A stretch of DNA of 64,000 bases from NCBI GenBank assembly GCA_965248575.1, contig CBDFJQ010000002.1:2304001-2368000 (forward strand). The letters are read 5' to 3'. Shown piece by piece: positions 46,555 through 55,978 of the stretch (positions within the stretch are counted from its first letter, which is position 1; each line of letters opens with the position of its first letter). The DNA is from Planctomycetota bacterium. GTDB lineage: Bacteria > Planctomycetota > B15-G4. The notes beneath the pieces are model-generated. The model did no database searches, was not told where the DNA came from, and saw only the letters and a program-made list of their open reading frames with translations. A program made the position numbers and the translations under genes.

Positions 46555-48165
46555 TCAGGGAGCCGTCCCAGACAGGGTGTTCGTCAGGCATTCGTTCTGG
46601 CTGGCCGCGCTGTCGTCCACTCGCATCTGGAAGTAGAGAGTCGACCCAGACGGCATGACACTCGGCCACGTGAAGGAGAACGTCGCCTCGCCGCTGCCAT
46701 CAGATTGGAGCGCCACGAGATTCTGGGGGACGGGCGCGATCACACCGTGTGTCGGATCGACGCTGAGGGCGTCGCCGATGACCAGCACCACGTTCGTGCT
46801 CTCCAACGCGTTCGACAGTTCCAGCAGGACCTGGCTCCCCGGGAGCAAGCCGCCACGCCCGTCGAGGTCCGGAACCCCATAGGTACCCGCCGTTCCGTTG
46901 GACTCCGCCTCCCAAGGAGTGAAGGACAGGCACGTGATCATGGCTTCATTCGACCCAGGCCCCGTGGACACGACGAGCAGATCGGCGAGATCATCCCCGT
47001 CGACATCCCCCAGCGCTTCGACGTCAGAGCCGAACAGGCTTCCAGCTCCCGGCCCATGGATCGTGTGCAGCTTGGCGCCACTGGCACCCGAGTACACATG
47101 AACCGCACCCGAGGACGCCCCGTTGATGCTCTTGAGAGATTCGCCCACTGCATAGTCAGACTGCCCGTCTCCGTCCACGTCGCCGACGTGGCTGAGCTCT
47201 TCGGCATAACCCGTACCGGTCGATGTCGCCACATGCTCACGAATCAGGAGGCCCGTAGCCCCTGAGTGAACGCGGAGGTAGGGAGCACGAAGAGGTGCGC
47301 CTGCCGGAACCGCAGCGATGAGCACATCGATGGTCCCATCGCCGTCGACGTCATCGAGATGTTCGATGGAACTCCCAAAGCGATCGTCCGCGACCGCACC
47401 GGAGATGGTCAGGGCGACCGACATGTCGCTGGGAGCCAGCACGAGCACGTATCCGGTGCCTCCGTTGGCCGTCTGAGGAGCCGCCACCATGGGGTCGGGT
47501 TCATGGTCGGGCATGAGGATTGGATCCGGCAGATCCTGGCCAAGGTGATCACCCGCAGAAACACCCAACTGTTCACCGAGCTCCGTTCCGTCGTCGCCCG
47601 AGAACACGGCGACCCGCCCGGCATCCACCCCGCCGGCGTCATCGCGGGGAGCCCCGACCATCAAGTCCGGAGTCCCGTCGTTGTCGAGGTCACCAAAGAC
47701 TCCGACCGCGGTGCCAAACAGATCGCCCGCGGAGTCTCCGACAGCCGTCCAGAGCAAAGTGCCGCTTGCACCGGAGTAGGCACTGACTCGTCCCGCTGTG
47801 CTGCTCGATGTGGTACCAGGAGCCCCGACCAGAACGTCCGTCGTGCCGTCTCCATCGAGGTCTCCGGCTGCGGCAAGAGCAGAACCGAAGAGATCGGCGC
47901 CGGTGGGCGCAAGCAGTTGTCGAATGACCGCGCCGTCCGCCCCGGAGCGGATCTCTGCCACACCCACCGAGTTGCCGGGCGTGCCCGACGGAAGGCCGAC
48001 TGCAAAGTCGACGACACCATCGCCGTCGATGTCATGCAGAGCGGCCACCGCACCGACGTCCGCTTGCGTTGCCGATACACTGGCGGCGAAGGGAACTTCC
48101 TGAGCCGTCATTTGTAGCGGTCCCACGACTGCCAGCCAGACACATGCGTAGAAGATCTTCTGCAT
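46555..48165 (-). CDS. Secreted FG-GAP (integrin-alpha-like) repeat protein with shared C-terminal domain
   Basis: Signal peptide; repeated D[ILV]D[GN]DG..D...G[AL]P motifs; C-domain WEAES...YFQMRVDD...TNTL (46555-46914). Confidence 0.88.
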   Translation of the reverse strand: MQKIFYACVWLAVVGPLQMTAQEVPFAASVSATQADVGAVAALHDIDGDGVVDFAVGLPSGTPGNSVGVAEIRSGADGAVIRQLLAPTGADLFGSALAAAGDLDGDGTTDVLVGAPGTTSSSTAGRVSAYSGASGTLLWTAVGDSAGDLFGTAVGVFGDLDNDGTPDLMVGAPRDDAGGVDAGRVAVFSGDDGTELGEQLGVSAGDHLGQDLPDPILMPDHEPDPMVAAPQTANGGTGYVLVLAPSDMSVALTISGAVADDRFGSSIEHLDDVDGDGTIDVLIAAVPAGAPLRAPYLRVHSGATGLLIREHVATSTGTGYAEELSHVGDVDGDGQSDYAVGESLKSINGASSGAVHVYSGASGAKLHTIHGPGAGSLFGSDVEALGDVDGDDLADLLVVSTGPGSNEAMITCLSFTPWEAESNGTAGTYGVPDLDGRGGLLPGSQVLLELSNALESTNVVLVIGDALSVDPTHGVIAPVPQNLVALQSDGSGEATFSFTWPSVMPSGSTLYFQMRVDDSAASQNECLTNTLSGTAP

Positions 48166-48226
48166 CGTTCTTCTCCCGATTTTCGTGAGGTATGGACGGA
48201 CCCTTCCCAGGGCGTGTGACGTAGGT

Positions 48227-48270
48227 GCCCTGCTTCAGGCAGGGCGCGCGGCGAACCCCTGAGGAGGGGT
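48227..48270. terminator. Two adjacent hairpins just downstream of the ECF gene
   Basis: GCCCTGC-TTCAG-GCAGGGC (48227-48245) and ACCCCT-GAGG-AGGGGT (48255-48270). Confidence 0.4.
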
Positions 48271-48274
48271 CAGC

Positions 48275-49069
48275 TCAGCTGGTGCTCTCGCGATAGTGCT
48301 GCCGCATGAGCCGATACAGCTCGTTCCACGCGCGAGAAATCGCCATGCGCGCGGCATCCGGCGTCAGGTCTCGTTCGGCTGCGATCTCTGCAGCCGTAGC
48401 ACCCGACATGGATCGGCGAACAAGGCTCGCCGTCTTCTCGGGCAGGAGCCCGATCTTGGTTTCGAGGATGTCCCGCGCTTCCTGCGTCATCGCCAGGCGC
48501 GCCGGATCATCGGCGCTGGGCGCGTGAGCAACGTCGAGGCTATGGGGCGTGCGACCGACGCGACGTTGCTCTGCGCGCTTTGCGGACGTGAGTCGCCGGT
48601 AGTGATCCAGCGCCTTGTTCTTGATGCGCCTGGCGATCTGCGCGATGAAGTGCTCCTCAGATCGGAACTCGATGGAGTGCACACCCGGAAAGAGCGTGCC
48701 CACCATGGAGACGGCGAGGTCATCCGCTTCGAGGGCGGCCTTCAGGTGCGGCACGCTGTTCACGAAACGCTGCGCCTTCTTCAAGGCAATCGGAAGCACA
48801 TAGCCGGCGAACTCGTTCTCGAGCTGCTGGTGTGTGCGCCCTGCGTGATTGATGACGGTGAGCACCGCATGGGTCGTGGATGACCCGGCGCGTAGCAACG
48901 ACTCGACCTCCGCAGCCGCCTCCGCTGTTCTCATGAACTCCGCGCTGTGGGCTCCCAGGTTCTGCTCGGCCCAGCTGACGGCCTCTTCCATCTGGTCCTT
49001 CATGGGTCGTGCCTCGTCGCTCATTGAGGGGCTTTCGGTCCGGTGTTCGCATGTTTGCTGTGCATCCAT
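48275..49069 (-). CDS. ECF-type sigma factor with N-terminal extension (start uncertain)
   Basis: LEADDLA, FRSEEHFIA...KNKALDHYRR...AKR region 2; LPEK...AAEIA...TPDAARMAISRA region 4. Confidence 0.82.
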   Translation of the reverse strand: MDAQQTCEHRTESPSMSDEARPMKDQMEEAVSWAEQNLGAHSAEFMRTAEAAAEVESLLRAGSSTTHAVLTVINHAGRTHQQLENEFAGYVLPIALKKAQRFVNSVPHLKAALEADDLAVSMVGTLFPGVHSIEFRSEEHFIAQIARRIKNKALDHYRRLTSAKRAEQRRVGRTPHSLDVAHAPSADDPARLAMTQEARDILETKIGLLPEKTASLVRRSMSGATAAEIAAERDLTPDAARMAISRAWNELYRLMRQHYRESTS

Positions 49070-49311
49070 GCCCTCTCACACGCAGAGCGGAGCTCTCTCG
49101 AACAAGCAGATCTGGTTTTTTCGGGCTTCACGACATGAAGAACATACAGCGCCCCTTATTGGCGTGGGAATCGGCTGTTGGGAGCGTTCCTCGAAAAAGA
49201 TGGAGGGATCTGTTCGAGCGGCAGCCGCCTTGCGTGGAGGGGGGCGAGACATGCCCGTTGGGACGGACCGGCGGGTGACCTCAGCCCCTTATCTCCCGGA
49301 AGGAGATCCCC

Positions 49312-50667
49312 ATGCTGTACGCACTCGCAGCGGCGACCCTGTCGCTCCTACCCCAAAGTGACCTGTCGATCCCGCAGGTCCACGTCCTGGAACTCGAAGG
49401 GGACCATATGGTCCCGGAGTTCTACGTCCCAGCAGGCGACCGCATCTCCTTCGCCAACGATCTCCAGATCACGAGCGCGGGAGACATCGTCATCGAGGGT
49501 GAGATCCTCGCGGACGATCGAGCGGAGCGGGATCTTTCTCGCGGCATGCAAGCCCCGCGACTCGAGCTACGCAGCGACACGCAGATTGTCGTGAACGGTC
49601 TCATTGTCGGCGGCAAGGGGCGTTCGGGTTCCTTGAGTCCGACGGCCTTGTCCTACATTGGTCATGTCGACTCTCGAGTCAGCCTCTCAGCTGTCGAGGA
49701 TCTGCTCATGCGCACACTGACCTTCGTCGGCGCTCCTGACCAGTTGGAGGTAGTGCTCTCGGGCGGCCAGGGCTCCGACATCCTGTTGAGCGCACCTCGC
49801 GTGATCATCGACGGCCTCGTCATCGGCGGTGAAGGTGGCCGCGGCGGGCCCGGCGGCGCCATGGGCGGACCAGGTGGTGACGTGCTGGTCGAGGGCATGC
49901 TGCTCACATCCACCGTTGACGACGACTTTGAGGTCATGGCGGGCAAGGGCGGCAACGCTGGGCCGTCGGCCTTGGGACTGCGCTCAGGCTTCGGGGGTGC
50001 GGGTGGAGATGGTGGCGACTTGACTCTCGCTGCAGCAACTCTCGGCACCCTGCGGCCTTGGATGCCCCCGGTGATTCTTGAGGCCGATGGCTCAAATGGT
50101 GCTGCCGGCGCTGATGTCACCGGCGGACATGGTGGTGCTGGTACCGCAGGCACGTCCGGAACGTCATGTGCCGGTGCCAACGGGACCGCCGGAGGTCACG
50201 GTGGCGACGGTGGCGATGCCACAGGTGGTGATGGTGGTGCTGGCGGCCCCGGCAGCAATGGCTGTAGCACCCCGGAAGCAGGTGGCAATGGCGGCAAGGG
50301 CGGTCGCGGTGGCCGAGGCACCGGCGGAAACGGCGGTGCAGGTGGTGACGGCGGGGATGGCTTCATCAGCATAGAGTGCTCCGGCGCAGGAGGCGCGGGT
50401 GGCAATGGAGGAGCGGGAGGTGATGGGGTCGGAGGCAAGGGTGGCTGGGGTGGCTTTGGTGGTCCCGGATGCCCCTCGGGCAGCCCCGGCAACGGTGGCC
50501 GCCCAGGCGCTGGGAAGGCAGGCGAAGGTGGCATCGGCGGCCTGGCAGGCACCGGCGACCCAGGCGGTGTGAGCGGAAACTCCGGGGCTGCAGGCTCTGG
50601 GACCAATGGGAGCGTAGGAACGTCCGGGGGCGGAACCGGCAGCTGCAACCCGCCCTGCGAGCAGTAG
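49312..50667 (+). CDS. Secreted glycine-rich (GGx-repeat, PGRS-like) protein
   Basis: AAGGAG RBS; short hydrophobic leader; C-terminal ~190 aa of GG[AD]GG repeats with six Cys. Confidence 0.82.
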   Translation: MLYALAAATLSLLPQSDLSIPQVHVLELEGDHMVPEFYVPAGDRISFANDLQITSAGDIVIEGEILADDRAERDLSRGMQAPRLELRSDTQIVVNGLIVGGKGRSGSLSPTALSYIGHVDSRVSLSAVEDLLMRTLTFVGAPDQLEVVLSGGQGSDILLSAPRVIIDGLVIGGEGGRGGPGGAMGGPGGDVLVEGMLLTSTVDDDFEVMAGKGGNAGPSALGLRSGFGGAGGDGGDLTLAAATLGTLRPWMPPVILEADGSNGAAGADVTGGHGGAGTAGTSGTSCAGANGTAGGHGGDGGDATGGDGGAGGPGSNGCSTPEAGGNGGKGGRGGRGTGGNGGAGGDGGDGFISIECSGAGGAGGNGGAGGDGVGGKGGWGGFGGPGCPSGSPGNGGRPGAGKAGEGGIGGLAGTGDPGGVSGNSGAAGSGTNGSVGTSGGGTGSCNPPCEQ

Positions 50668-50761
50668 GTCGACGTCAGCAATCAGACAATGACCCAAGAC
50701 GCCGAGGGGAATCTCATTCCCCTCGGCGTTCTTCCACAACCCACCGGTATTCTCGAACGCC

Positions 50762-53704
50762 ATGCGATCCATGCTCCTTGCCCTGACCGCTCTCGCAATT
50801 CTCGCTCTCTTGGGTGTCGTCTACAGCCTGCTGAACGACGACAGCTCAAGCCCCTCGCACGACTCGACAGTGCGCCCTCCTTCGCCGGAGACATCCGCCC
50901 CCTCCGCTCTACCCGTTGGCAGGGATAGCGGAGCGAACGCGAGTCAGACGGAACCAACGCAGTTGCAAGCCCCCGCCTCGACGGGCACCACGGCCGCCGC
51001 GCATGGAACGATCTCAGGGATTGCGGTCGACACCCGCGGCGACCCAATCGCAAACGTCGAGGTCTTCCTGCTCGCGGGAAGCCAGGCCGTGCAGAGCTTC
51101 CTCCGGTCGACACAAATCTGCTCCAGCTCAAGCGCTGGCGACCCGTACCCAGACCCAGATCGGGGCAAGAGGCTCGCCGCCCAGTCCGTCACATCGTCCG
51201 ATGGTCTGTTCGTCGTGTCCCCCACTCCGCTCCAAACGCTGGCCAAGGGTGGTCTGCTTGCCTTGCGAAGCCTCCGTCACAGGCCCAGCTTCATCGACAT
51301 CCCGGCGACTCGTTCCAACGACCAGCTGCGCTTGGGGCAGCTAGTCATGGAAAGCGGGGCGCTCACCACGGGCCGACTGCTCGGCGCCGATGGGGCCCCC
51401 GTCGAGGGCGCACGGGTTGAATACCTACTTGATGAGTTCACGCGGCAGGCCGTCGCCCGAGGCGGGGCCTCTCGCCGCACCGCAATGGAGAGTTCACTCG
51501 TCACGAAGAGTTGCGCCGACGGCAGCTTTCAGCTTCTGCTGCCACAGGGGCGCTTGGCAAACCTGCGCATCGACCACGAGCTGTGGACGCCGCTGGAGAT
51601 CCGGGATCTGGAGACGAAATCTCAAGAGCTGGATCTCGGGGAGCTGCGCATGGAGCGCGGTGGTGAGATCCTCGGATTGCTCGTGAACGACCGGCAGGAA
51701 CCTCTCCCAGCGCGTTGGGTCTATGTCGAACTCTCAGAGCCCAGCGCACCCGCTCGCCAGGGGCGAGCGCTGCTAAGTCCGCGCCAACGGTCCGTGGTTT
51801 CCACCGATGAAATGGGCGCCTTTCATTTCACGGGCCTCGGGGAGGGGTGGGTCAGTCTCCATGCCCGGGGCGAGCGAACCGCGTGGGCGCGCCTCCCGCA
51901 GGTCCAGATCGGAAACCGCGAGGTTCTGCTCGTGGCACCCGAGGCCTCCGTTCGCATCGTCACCGTGCGAGACAGCTCATCGGGAGACCCGATCCCGTCC
52001 GTCAACCTGAGCGTGAGCCCGCCCGCGGAGGCACCCACATGGCCCTCTGACGAAGCCCAGTTCCGGGTCAGCTCCGGTAAGGCTGCCGGTCTGGAGCCCG
52101 GACAACATCGCGTGGACGGCCTGGATGTCGATGGCGCCCGCGTTCACCTCACCGCGGAAGGCTATGAGCAACGGACCGTCGACGTGGAAGGCTCGGCACC
52201 TGGCACCCTGCGCGAGCTGGACGTCCTGCTTGCAAAGCAACTCTCCATCTCGGGTCGGGTGATTCAGCCAGACGGACAGCCCGTCGCGGAGGTCCTCGTC
52301 CAGGCCAACAGCCCCCTCGGTACAGGGCAACGTGCTGAATCGGACGCAAGCGGTTCCTTCACCTTGACGGGACTAAGTGAAGGCACGTGGCAGGTGTGGC
52401 CCACATCCGATGATCACCTGGGCATCGGGCACTTCACGCTTCCCCTGCGGGGCACGAGCGTGGAGAACTTGCTGATCATCCTCGTTCCTACGGCGACGCT
52501 GACGGGTACGGTGAAGTCCGTCAAGAGCGAAGCGATTCCGGCAGGCAAGGTGGAAGCCCTGCTCGTGGAGGAACGCTGGACGGCGTCACTGAAACGCTAT
52601 GGCGACGGCGCAGCAGCCTCCAAGAAGTCCAAGGACTTCCTCAGCACCGCCTTCGGGTCCGCCGTAACTGACGAGGCAGCTGAGTATGAACTCACCGGCC
52701 TCGCTCCTGGCGACTATCTCGTGACAGCGGTTCCAACCGGAACCTCCTCGGCACGAAGCACCTTGGTGGCTGCCCGTGAGTCGGACGAACTTCCAGACGG
52801 CGTGGTGGCGGTCAGCGTCACGGCAGGCGACACGAAGTCCATCAACCTCCGACTGCCCTCACCGGCCACCCTGTCCGGGCGCATCACGGTCGCGGGCCGC
52901 GGCGCAGCCGAGGCATCCATTGCCCTGATGTCCTGGTCCCAGGGACGCTGGATCTCCCTCGCTCAAACGCTCTCGGATGAGGACGGCCGCTATCGCTTGG
53001 AAAACCTGCCTCACGGCAAGGCGACCCTCGTGGCCTTCGCAAAGAGTGTTCCGGTCCCCGCTCTTGTGGGCGTCGAACTCGACTCCCATGGGGCGAGCAA
53101 GGACGTGAACCTGACGGGTGCGACCCTTCACGTCTCCCTCGTCGACGACGCCACCGGCCAACCGGCGACGGGAGCTCGGATTGCTCTCGGCGGCCAACCC
53201 GAGGTTCCTCCTCAAACAGTGAACGACGGCGACCTCCGAATGCTGTTTCGGGCCTTCTGGGCCACGGCGCAGACGGCGTTCCGCCAGGAGGTCGATGGAC
53301 GAGGCGAGTTGGAACTGATGCACATTGCTCCTGGAAGCTACACAGTCACGGCGAGCGGTGAGCGCTGGTTACCTTCAAGCGGGGTGCCTGTTCTCGTCGA
53401 GACGGGGGCGCAGCCTGAGCCCGTTGTCATCCGGCTGCGCGCTGGCGCGGCCGTGCGCGGTCAGGTCGAAGGCGAACCCGTCGCCCCAGGCGGCCGCCTG
53501 GTCGCCGAGCTCCTCAACCCCGAAGGGGTAGGCATCGTGAAGTGGGCGAACGTCGACAACGGCAGCTTCCTGATCGAAGGACTCTCCGCTGGCAGCTACC
53601 GCCTGCAGATCCGCGACCTGTCTTCTGGCGGGGGCGTGCGGAAGGAAACGGACATCCAGCTGGCTGCCGGACGCTCGGAGGAGCTGCACCTGCGCCTGGA
53701 TTGA
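50762..53704 (+). CDS. Membrane-anchored carboxypeptidase-regulatory-like repeat protein
   Basis: N-terminal TM, Ser/Pro linker, many G.V...DG.PV.GA.V and D..G.F...GL..G units. Confidence 0.85.
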   Translation: MRSMLLALTALAILALLGVVYSLLNDDSSSPSHDSTVRPPSPETSAPSALPVGRDSGANASQTEPTQLQAPASTGTTAAAHGTISGIAVDTRGDPIANVEVFLLAGSQAVQSFLRSTQICSSSSAGDPYPDPDRGKRLAAQSVTSSDGLFVVSPTPLQTLAKGGLLALRSLRHRPSFIDIPATRSNDQLRLGQLVMESGALTTGRLLGADGAPVEGARVEYLLDEFTRQAVARGGASRRTAMESSLVTKSCADGSFQLLLPQGRLANLRIDHELWTPLEIRDLETKSQELDLGELRMERGGEILGLLVNDRQEPLPARWVYVELSEPSAPARQGRALLSPRQRSVVSTDEMGAFHFTGLGEGWVSLHARGERTAWARLPQVQIGNREVLLVAPEASVRIVTVRDSSSGDPIPSVNLSVSPPAEAPTWPSDEAQFRVSSGKAAGLEPGQHRVDGLDVDGARVHLTAEGYEQRTVDVEGSAPGTLRELDVLLAKQLSISGRVIQPDGQPVAEVLVQANSPLGTGQRAESDASGSFTLTGLSEGTWQVWPTSDDHLGIGHFTLPLRGTSVENLLIILVPTATLTGTVKSVKSEAIPAGKVEALLVEERWTASLKRYGDGAAASKKSKDFLSTAFGSAVTDEAAEYELTGLAPGDYLVTAVPTGTSSARSTLVAARESDELPDGVVAVSVTAGDTKSINLRLPSPATLSGRITVAGRGAAEASIALMSWSQGRWISLAQTLSDEDGRYRLENLPHGKATLVAFAKSVPVPALVGVELDSHGASKDVNLTGATLHVSLVDDATGQPATGARIALGGQPEVPPQTVNDGDLRMLFRAFWATAQTAFRQEVDGRGELELMHIAPGSYTVTASGERWLPSSGVPVLVETGAQPEPVVIRLRAGAAVRGQVEGEPVAPGGRLVAELLNPEGVGIVKWANVDNGSFLIEGLSAGSYRLQIRDLSSGGGVRKETDIQLAAGRSEELHLRLD

Positions 53705-53722
53705 GAGTTGACCGCCTGGGTC

Positions 53723-55129
53723 TCAGACGTCGTCGTCGAGATCCAGCCGCGCCGCCACATTGAAGCCGCCGGTGTCGAAGCTGTTGCCGCCCAGGTCGAG
53801 CGCGCTGCCGCTGCCGTCGTCGCCAGTGCCGGCCACGTCCGGGCCCAGGCCGCGACCGTTGCCCTTGCATGTGTTGCCGGCCATGAGCGTGCCGTCGCCA
53901 TTGTTGTCGATGCCCTCGTGCGTATTCTTGGAGCACACATTGTCCACCAGCAGAATGCCCCCGGTCTTGCGCTCGATGTCGATGCCATCCCCCCCGTTCT
54001 TCTTGCAGGAGTTGTCGCGCACCTCATCCTTGTGAGCGTGCCAGATAACGATGCCGTCGTGGCCGTTGCCTTCGCATTCGTTGTCCTCGACGACGTTGGG
54101 GAACGCTGGGCCGTAGCGGCAGATGAAGGGGCCATCCAGGCGGATGCCCTCGGCACCGTTGTCGCAGGCACGGTTGCCGCGCACCACCGATTGGATGAAG
54201 TGTTCGTCATCCTCATCGCCTAGCAGCAGTCCGATCTCGGTGTTGTCGCTGCAGTCGTTCTTGAGCACCGAGAAGTCAGCACCCAGGGCAGCCAGGCCCC
54301 GTGCGTTCTTGCGCAACTTGTTGCGCTCGATCGTCGCCACCACCCCGGTCTGGTTTTCCACGCTCATGCCGACGCCGACGACGCCTTCCACGCGGTTCTT
54401 GCTGAGCAGGGAGGGCAGCGGCCCACCACCCTCCGCAAAGTCCACCTCGAGTTCGAGGAAGATGCCGTCGAAACAGAAGCGCACCCTGTTCCGCTCGACC
54501 AGGATGGACACGGCCTCCATCACCATTGCCGGGCCCTGCACGCCCTCGACCGTGTTGCGAGACACCACGGCATGCTCATCGCTGATCGAATCCAGGATGA
54601 TGCCAGCGACGTCGCAACCCTGGATCGTGTTGCTCGTGATCGTGACTTCATTCGCCGTGATGTCCACGCCGACTCGACACGTAGCCATGACACACTTCGT
54701 GAGCAGCAGACGATCTGGGCGCGCGAACCCCTCTTCGTCATCATCCAGACCGTCGGCCTCCTGGTCTGCAACGCCGAAGGTTCCGTTGATGAAAGTGAAT
54801 CCCGAAACGCTCAGATCGGCAGCTTGCACGAGCAGGCACGGGCCAGCGAACTCGGCGTCAATGATTGCCTTCTTGCCCACGAGGCTGATGCCAGCGGTCG
54901 TGACGTTGACCTGCTCGAGGTAGTGACCCTTGCCGACGGAGACCACGTCGCCGCTGGCCGCATCGTCCACGGCCGATTGGATGGTCGGGTAGGAAGCGCT
55001 CGGGACCTTGAGCGTCTCGGCCAGACAGGGCGTCGCGCACAGCGCGAGCAGGACGCCGGCCAAGGTCAGCGTACGGAGGGTCCCCCTCAGAGAGTTGGGG
55101 GTCACGCACGATAGGCGGTTGCGGATCAT
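53723..55129 (-). CDS. Secreted right-handed parallel beta-helix protein
   Basis: Signal peptide; YPTIQSAVDDA..GD.V.V..G.Y.E; N.C..N...GI repeats. Confidence 0.88.
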   Translation of the reverse strand: MIRNRLSCVTPNSLRGTLRTLTLAGVLLALCATPCLAETLKVPSASYPTIQSAVDDAASGDVVSVGKGHYLEQVNVTTAGISLVGKKAIIDAEFAGPCLLVQAADLSVSGFTFINGTFGVADQEADGLDDDEEGFARPDRLLLTKCVMATCRVGVDITANEVTITSNTIQGCDVAGIILDSISDEHAVVSRNTVEGVQGPAMVMEAVSILVERNRVRFCFDGIFLELEVDFAEGGGPLPSLLSKNRVEGVVGVGMSVENQTGVVATIERNKLRKNARGLAALGADFSVLKNDCSDNTEIGLLLGDEDDEHFIQSVVRGNRACDNGAEGIRLDGPFICRYGPAFPNVVEDNECEGNGHDGIVIWHAHKDEVRDNSCKKNGGDGIDIERKTGGILLVDNVCSKNTHEGIDNNGDGTLMAGNTCKGNGRGLGPDVAGTGDDGSGSALDLGGNSFDTGGFNVAARLDLDDDV

Positions 55130-55315
55130 TCGGATCTCCTGGAATTCAGTCGTGGGGCGTCCCTCGGCCCCTGTGGACAGGCTCGCCGTCCGATGTGCAC
55201 CAGACTATCGCAATCGAATGCCGCCTGAATCCAATCGAGCCCCCCTGGCTTGGGAGGATCACCTGCACCGGATACGCTCGCGCCACCCTGGCTGCCTCTT
55301 CAAGAGAACATCTTC

Positions 55316-55867
55316 ATGCCCACGACTTCCTGGCGCTGGCCCCTGCTGGCCGTCTGCCTGCTCGCTCCTGGTCTCACGCTCGGCTGCCTCAGCGCGCGCC
55401 CAACGCACCCCGGTCCAAGCGCCGGGGAGCGCGCCCCCATCGCAGCCATGCTGGAAGATCTCTACGCAACCTTCTGCTTCGACGCGGATGACCAAGCGGA
55501 TTGGGAGGGCATGCGGGCGCACTTCGCGGACGGAGCGTCCTTCGTCGCGCCCATTCCAGCGGGCGGCGTACCGAAGGCCGTGGATGCGCAGCAGTTCATC
55601 GCAGACTTCCAGAACTGGATCGCCACGAGCGAGGTGGGCAACACCGGCCTGCACGAACGCATCGTGCACCTGCGCATCGACGTGTTTGGCTCTGTGGCCC
55701 ACGCCTTCGTCACCTTCGAAGGCTTCGTGCCACCGGACCCCAGCGCCACCACCCGCGGCCTCGACAGCATTCAGCTGGTGAAGTCGGGCACACGCTGGCT
55801 GCTGGCGTCCTTCAGCACGCAGTACGAGTCCGAGGGGTCCAAACTGCCGCAGCGCTTCTTGCGCTGA
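55316..55867 (+). CDS. NTF2-like fold lipoprotein
   Basis: Lipobox TLGC; DWEGMRAHF, FGSVAHAF, RGLDSIQLVK...W. Confidence 0.78.
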   Translation: MPTTSWRWPLLAVCLLAPGLTLGCLSARPTHPGPSAGERAPIAAMLEDLYATFCFDADDQADWEGMRAHFADGASFVAPIPAGGVPKAVDAQQFIADFQNWIATSEVGNTGLHERIVHLRIDVFGSVAHAFVTFEGFVPPDPSATTRGLDSIQLVKSGTRWLLASFSTQYESEGSKLPQRFLR

Positions 55868-55978
55868 TCTGGGGCTGCGGCCCAGCCGCCCGGCTCGCGA
55901 GGGTCTGGTAGCCTGACGGGGAGCTCTGTTCTGCTGCTCCGCCCGCTTCCGATCGGCGAGCCCCCCTCGGACACCAGC

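Noticed and set aside
49312..50667. Mycobacterial PE_PGRS protein or collagen
   Set aside because: No PE domain, and the repeats are GGx rather than Pro-rich Gxy.
43789..53722. Integrative mobile element
   Set aside because: No integrase, transposase, tRNA target or terminal repeats seen; only a qualitative compositional shift.
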